Source: Gemmatimonadota bacterium (lineage in GTDB: Bacteria; Gemmatimonadota; Gemmatimonadetes; Gemmatimonadales; GWC2-71-9). Taken from it: 21,386 nt of DNA. Below, in pieces: positions 16,589 through 21,386 of this stretch (the stretch's first letter is position 1; each line of letters starts with the position of its first letter). The notes beneath the pieces are model-generated. The model was not told where the DNA came from, searched no databases, and saw nothing but the letters and a program-made list of their open reading frames with translations. The DNA is taken from the NCBI GenBank assembly GCA_039586365.1, contig JBDHKN010000077.1, forward strand, positions 1 to 21,386, given 5' to 3'. The position numbers were made by a program, and so were the translations under genes.

Positions 16589-17146
16589 TGCGGAACGGCT
16601 GAACCGGATCCTTGGCCGCGCAACGACCCCGAACTCTGACGCCTTGGCAGCAGCGACAATCCTCTCAAACCGGGCTGCGGAAACATGCACTTTGGGTTCC
16701 GCAACAAGAAGGCACCCTGCCGGCCTGAGTGCGGATCTTACCTCAGCGAAGAATCTCTCCTGACCCGAAACTTCATGAACCATCCAGAACGCCAGAACGA
16801 AGTCGACCGGCTCTCTCAGCCCCAAGCTGTCCGGTCCACATAGTCTGAAGTCGACCAAGTCATCTAAGCCATGTCGTTTCGCCCGTGCGCGTGCTCGGTC
16901 CAGCATCTCAGACTGTATGTCGAGGGCGACGACTTTGCCACGAGCGCCAACCATCTTGGCCAAGGCCAAGGTGAAGAACCCCAGACCGCATCCAATGTCG
17001 ACGACGGTTTGACCTTCCTCGACCAGGGTGTCGAGGATGTGGGCCGGGTTGTGGATGATTCGCCGGAGGGGATTATCGAAGGAGTAACCCAACCACCACG
17101 GGCAGGTGTGTTCATCCATGAGGAACAGTCGTCGGAGACGGCTCAT
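16520..17146 (-). CDS. Class I SAM-dependent methyltransferase
   Basis: VVDIGCGLG motif I, GKVVALDIQSEML, VDFVLAFWMVHEV, LRPAG; N-terminal HTCPWW..FDNPLRR. Alternative start at 17119. Confidence 0.93.
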   Translation of the reverse strand: MSRLRRLFLMDEHTCPWWLGYSFDNPLRRIIHNPAHILDTLVEEGQTVVDIGCGLGFFTLALAKMVGARGKVVALDIQSEMLDRARARAKRHGLDDLVDFRLCGPDSLGLREPVDFVLAFWMVHEVSGQERFFAEVRSALRPAGCLLVAEPKVHVSAARFERIVAAAKASEFGVVARPRIRFSRSALCSLEHDELARGEILDPFHSRS

Positions 17147-17236
17147 CTTGCTAGGTTCTCTTGTCGGCTATGATTTCACATAGCGATCGCCGAGGGCAGA
17201 AGCGAGTCGGTGCATTGAATCATTCACCGAACATCA

Positions 17237-17334
17237 TCCGCGTTCATCCGCCTGTTTCTGCGCGATCTGCGGCCCTCGGACTAGTCACAAGTGGTTTCCG
17301 CGTTCATCTGCCTTCTTCCGTGTCAATCAGCGGC
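17237..17334. repeat. Two imperfect ~37-bp direct repeats built from TCYGCG-like subunits
   Basis: TCCGCGTTCATCCGCCT (17237-17253) and TCCGCGTTCATCTGCCT (17297-17313) are 60 nt apart; each continues to ATCWGCGGC. Confidence 0.75.
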
Positions 17335-17404
17335 TCTTACCCTTTCGGCCTCAAGCCGCGGGTCCTCGGTAGCCCGTGTCCCTCCACGCCAACGAAGGTC
17401 CGAC

Positions 17405-18250
17405 CTAGCGCCCGCTACGACCCTGTGCGACCACGAACCGCTGCCCCCGCGCCGTCGGACACTTGACCACTGCGCTCACACCCTCCGCTGCCACATCACC
17501 AACGAAACTCTCACACATCTCACGATCGCGGAAATGCATCGGGAACAGCACCGGCACGGCAAACTCGCGAGCAAGGTGAACGGCCCGAGCCAAGTGGGGC
17601 CAGCTGTGGCTCGGAACCCCGGCCACGAACGCCACGTCGATGCGGTCGCTGGTCGTCTTCAGGTAGGCGTGATCGGCTACGTAGTCCGCCATGTAGTCGC
17701 CGTTGTGGTACACGATCCAGTCACCGTGACGGACCAGGTATGCCACCTCGGGAATGCCATTGTGGTGGGAATCGATCGTGTAGACCTGTATGCCAGCCAA
17801 GTCGGCTGTTGCCCGCAGCCCACCCATAGTGTAACAGGCGGCGTCGGCTCCGGTGAAGCGTTCACAGTGCGACTCGGGCTGTTCGTCCCAACCGATGAAG
17901 TATGTGAGGCTCTCGATCTCGCCCTGCCACTGGAAGATGACGGGGTCGTAATGGTCGCCGTGGGCGTGTGTCACGAAGACGAACACGTCGAGATCGCTGA
18001 TCTCTGCGGGATCGATGAATCCGTTGTCGAGATTGCGCGGAGTCTCGTCAGTGACGTCTTCCATTCCAAGCGACTCCTGGTAATCGAAGACCAGCAGCGC
18101 GTCGCCGAGGCGAACCGCCCAGCCTGAATGGCGCAGGTACCATACAGTCGCCTGGTCGCCAGCTTGACCGGTAACTGTCTGCGCGCTCGCAGTCGTCGAC
18201 GACAACCCGGCGATGAGAACGCAGGTCACAACCGTTCTCATGGTTCTCAT
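17405..18250 (-). CDS. Secreted metallo-beta-lactamase-fold hydrolase, UlaG-like branch (281 aa)
   Basis: Start reassigned to ATG 18250 with GGAGG SD. Signal peptide ending ASA-Q; VWYLRHSGW, LVFDY, FVTHAHGDH, VYHNGD, FPMH. Confidence 0.92.
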   Translation of the reverse strand: MRTMRTVVTCVLIAGLSSTTASAQTVTGQAGDQATVWYLRHSGWAVRLGDALLVFDYQESLGMEDVTDETPRNLDNGFIDPAEISDLDVFVFVTHAHGDHYDPVIFQWQGEIESLTYFIGWDEQPESHCERFTGADAACYTMGGLRATADLAGIQVYTIDSHHNGIPEVAYLVRHGDWIVYHNGDYMADYVADHAYLKTTSDRIDVAFVAGVPSHSWPHLARAVHLAREFAVPVLFPMHFRDREMCESFVGDVAAEGVSAVVKCPTARGQRFVVAQGRSGR

Positions 18251-18452
18251 AATACTCGTCCTCCGTGCTATGCCACCGCTACCGAGTCCCCGCTCGATAA
18301 TGATGGGCCAGCGGACCCGCTCGATCTGCCTGGCGTGATGGGGTTGGCCGGCGGCGTCCCTCCACGCAGTGCTATTCTTCCTCGCCACGGCACATGTTCC
18401 GCAGCCAGATACGGCCGGCCAGTAGTGTCCGATCCCATGGAGCCCCTAAGGT

Positions 18453-20000
18453 CTAAATAGCGTGGCCGCCCACAGGAACCCGCCAGTTGAACGGTTGCCA
18501 GACGAACGTTGCCTCGAGTCGATCCGCTTGAAACGTAACCGTCACCTCGAAGTAGAACGGCTCACCGACCTCGTGTAGCTCCAGCGAGAATTCGTTCTCA
18601 CCGGTCCATTCACCTCGCAGCGCGAACACGTTGCGGTCGGTTCTCGCCCCCCAGCCCACACCCTCCGTGACACGGTAGACATTGTCCAGTCCGAAGGCCA
18701 GGTCCATGACACCCGCCTGTTGCCCGATTTGCAGGCGCCCGGCGTCCGGCTCATCGAACCACAAAGTCAACTGAGAAAAGTCGAGTTCGTTTGCCCCGAG
18801 AGTGTACGTTCTCCCCGAAATCTCACCAGCGATCTTGGGCAGGCTCCGTGGCGGCTGTGGTGCTGGGGTGCGCAGCTCGCGGGCTACGCGAAGCAGCCGA
18901 GCGTGGGCCACAGCGTCGGTGGGCAACCGGTCTGCGCCACTCACGGCCGGCAGGATGTAGTTGTCAGTGAGCAGCTCCCAGGCTCCATTGTCCGCCCCGG
19001 TAAACACGACGACCAACTTCCGTTCGGGATACACCGAGATGATCTGCCCGAACGCTCCTCTGGCACGGTAGCTTCCGTCGGCTGACAGCCACCACCAGTA
19101 TCCGTACCCGCTATAGCCGTCGGCGTCGAAGTCGGTAAATCGATTCCGGGTCGCCTCCCTGACCCAGTTTTCGGGTACAACCTGCCGCCCGCCCCAGCGG
19201 CCGACGTTCAGAAAGAGGAGACCGAACTTCGCCATGTCCCTAGGCGTGAGCCAGAGTCGGTCCCCACCCATGTAATATCCGTCCGGTCCCTTCTCCCAGT
19301 GCACGTCCGTGATCCCCAGGGGGGCGAACAGATACTCGTAGCCCAACGCGAGGAGGTCGGTACGGCTGGCCCGGGTGAGAATGCCAGACATGGTGTGCGT
19401 CAAGAAAGAGCAATACCTGAACTCCGCACCCGGGTCGGCGATCATGGGGCGGGCGAAGGACGCTCTGATCCAATCGTCCTGGGGCATGATTTCCCGCATG
19501 ACCGGCCCGTTCTCATCGAGGTCCAACCCGGACGCCATCGTGAGAAGGTGGGTGAGGTTGATCGAGCGTTTCAGGAGGTCCGAGTCTGCGGGGAAGTACT
19601 CCGGGAAGAACTCGTATACCGTCTGATCGAGACCTTGCAGGCTGCCTTCCCGGAGAGCGATGCCAACCAACGAAGAGATGACACTCTTGCTGACCGACTT
19701 CACGTCATGCACGACGTCTTCACCGTACGGATGGGTGTAGCTCTCGAGCACCAGCCGGGAGTTTCTGACAATGAGCACGCTGCGGACTCTGAGATGCTCA
19801 TCTCGTACCCGCTCCAACATTGCAGCAAGGAGGTCGGAATCGACGCCTTCCTCCTCAGGAGTGGAGACTTCCCAGAACGACTGCGGAGATTGCTGAATCG
19901 GGGAGAGCTCAACAGCGGGAAGTCCGACACCGAGGAGCAGGACGCCCGCCACGAGCGACAGAAGAGCCAAGGCCGCCGCGAGTTTCATGGATGGCTGCAT
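18453..20000 (-). CDS. Serine hydrolase, beta-lactamase class C/NylB-like, with extra C-terminal beta-domain
   Basis: Signal/TM N-terminus, SVSK (SxxK), HLLTMASGL, PGAEFRYCS, LTPRDMAKFG, YGYWWW, ARGAFGQ. Start at 20000 (1 nt after upstream stop) or 19988. Confidence 0.93.
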   Translation of the reverse strand: MQPSMKLAAALALLSLVAGVLLLGVGLPAVELSPIQQSPQSFWEVSTPEEEGVDSDLLAAMLERVRDEHLRVRSVLIVRNSRLVLESYTHPYGEDVVHDVKSVSKSVISSLVGIALREGSLQGLDQTVYEFFPEYFPADSDLLKRSINLTHLLTMASGLDLDENGPVMREIMPQDDWIRASFARPMIADPGAEFRYCSFLTHTMSGILTRASRTDLLALGYEYLFAPLGITDVHWEKGPDGYYMGGDRLWLTPRDMAKFGLLFLNVGRWGGRQVVPENWVREATRNRFTDFDADGYSGYGYWWWLSADGSYRARGAFGQIISVYPERKLVVVFTGADNGAWELLTDNYILPAVSGADRLPTDAVAHARLLRVARELRTPAPQPPRSLPKIAGEISGRTYTLGANELDFSQLTLWFDEPDAGRLQIGQQAGVMDLAFGLDNVYRVTEGVGWGARTDRNVFALRGEWTGENEFSLELHEVGEPFYFEVTVTFQADRLEATFVWQPFNWRVPVGGHAI

Positions 20001-20001
20001 C

Positions 20002-21386
20002 TCACCGCACCGGACTGAGCACATGCTGCATGATCTCGTGGGTCGTCACGTATGGCCGGACCCAATAGGACCCGCCCGTCAGGGCCGCCACCAGGTCGAA
20101 CTCCGGCATTATGACGATCTGCTGATCTCCCCAGCCGGAGGCACTGTACGCTCCCTGACCGTAACTGGCTTCATTGGGCCACCAGCCATGACTGTATCCG
20201 ATGAAGCCGTACGACAGTGACCAATTCGGCGGGGTGAACAGGAAAACTGGCTCGGACGACAAGCGGACCCACTGTTCCGAGACGACCTGCTCTCCGTTCC
20301 AGCGACCGTTCTGCAGGAACAGCTGGCCGAACTTCGCCATGTCCCGCGGCACCAGAGCGAGATCACCCGAGGCATACACGAAGTCCGGCCTCAGCAGCCA
20401 CCACCAGGAGCGCTCGATCCCCAGCGGCGCGAACAGATACTGGTCGGCGAACTGATCCAATCGCATGCCGCTGGCGCGTTGGATGATGTTGCCAATGACG
20501 TTGGTGTTGCCTCCGCTGTAGTTGAACAGCGACCCGGGGTCCGCTACCAGCGGTTTCTCGAGAATGAACCGGACCAGATCTGCGTTCGTGGTCAGCGCGC
20601 GGTTGATTAGTGCGGTGAGATGGTTAGTGGGATCCGTGAGCGGCACGTACGACTCATTCCACTCCAACCCGGACGACATGGTGATCAAGTGCTCGAGCGT
20701 TATGTCTTGCTTGGTACCCGTGTTCAAATCGGCCAACTCGGGATAGAAGTCGAACACCTTCTCATCCACACTCGCTATGAACCCGTGGTCGATCGCGATG
20801 CCGAGCAGTGCGGCGGTGAAACTCTTGGTCACGGACGATAACACGTGTGCCGTCTCCCTGTCGAACCTGACCGGTGTCTCGCCCCAGGTGGGGTGCGTCA
20901 GTCCGCTGAAGTAGTGCTCGAACACGAGCAGACCGTGCCGCACCAGGACAATCCCGTGCACCAGGTGTGTTTCGCGGCCGCGCAGTCTGTTGATCAGCTC
21001 GACGAGCGGGGCCGGATCCATTGCCACATCCTCCAAAGCCCCCGTCTGCCAGCCGTCGGCGATCTGCTCGGGCGGCTGATACACCCAGTCTGTCCTCACC
21101 CGTACGACGGCTTCGCCGAGTGCCCCGTCGTCGTCTTCCGCAACCGCCCTGACGTTGTTGTACAACCGCTGCGCCCCGGCGGTGTTCCAGTTCAGCATGT
21201 ACGGACTGCTGTCGTCTCGGCCGAGCGGTTGCTCCTCGACGTAGAACGAGACGGACGTGACGACGCCGTCGCTGTCAGCTGCTTCCGCAACCAACGCGAC
21301 CGCATCTCCGACCGCGAAGGTCTCTCCCTGGCCTGGTTGGGTGATGGAAACGACCGGTGGCTGGTTTTCAGGTCCGGTGAGGAAAC
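20002..21386 (-). CDS. Serine hydrolase (class C/NylB-like) with N-terminal bacterial Ig-like domain; 5' end outside the window
   Basis: Frame stays open to the window edge: ...NQPPVVSITQPGQGETFAVGDAVALVAEAADSDGVVTSVSFYV (Ig-like). Then SVTK, HLITMSSGL, PGSLFNYSG, PRDMAKFG, ASGWGDQ. Confidence 0.93.
   Translation of the reverse strand, partial: FLTGPENQPPVVSITQPGQGETFAVGDAVALVAEAADSDGVVTSVSFYVEEQPLGRDDSSPYMLNWNTAGAQRLYNNVRAVAEDDDGALGEAVVRVRTDWVYQPPEQIADGWQTGALEDVAMDPAPLVELINRLRGRETHLVHGIVLVRHGLLVFEHYFSGLTHPTWGETPVRFDRETAHVLSSVTKSFTAALLGIAIDHGFIASVDEKVFDFYPELADLNTGTKQDITLEHLITMSSGLEWNESYVPLTDPTNHLTALINRALTTNADLVRFILEKPLVADPGSLFNYSGGNTNVIGNIIQRASGMRLDQFADQYLFAPLGIERSWWWLLRPDFVYASGDLALVPRDMAKFGQLFLQNGRWNGEQVVSEQWVRLSSEPVFLFTPPNWSLSYGFIGYSHGWWPNEASYGQGAYSASGWGDQQIVIMPEFDLVAALTGGSYWVRPYVTTHEIMQHVLSPVR

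Noticed and set aside
3935..21386. Integron cassette array as an explanation for the string of unrelated genes
   Set aside because: No convincing attC sites, mixed orientations, long spacers and no integrase.
5168..21386. Calling the MBL-fold and SxxK proteins antibiotic-resistance beta-lactamases
   Set aside because: Only superfamily motifs are present; the serine enzymes lack the YxN and KTG motifs of AmpC.

Overview
GC-rich bacterial window. The gene content (SusC/SusD-like pair, orphan duplicated MacB/FtsX 'ADOP' permease, Ser/Thr kinase remnant, many lipoproteins) suggests Gemmatimonadota or a similar lineage; this is inference. It starts with a susC-like TonB-dependent receptor and the first codons of its susD-like partner. 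A loosely organised accessory region follows, mostly exported proteins: a TolB/PD40 propeller, two metallo-beta-lactamase-fold hydrolases, MscS, an M1-type zinc peptidase, small lipoproteins, a 6-bladed propeller, a cupin, a Tat-signal ATC-hydrolase-family protein, the permease, a SAM methyltransferase and two tandem serine hydrolases. The spacers hold gene debris missed by the ORF track (IS3-like relic, permease C-terminus, kinase fragment), short repeats, a REP-like hairpin and a shared TATATATATA palindrome. I see no rRNA, tRNA, CRISPR array or intact mobile element, and no unambiguous new multi-gene system. The best candidate for something undescribed is the ~400-nt susC leader, with an operator-like palindrome, interleaved inverted repeats and a codon-biased aromatic-rich ORF overlapping the susC start.
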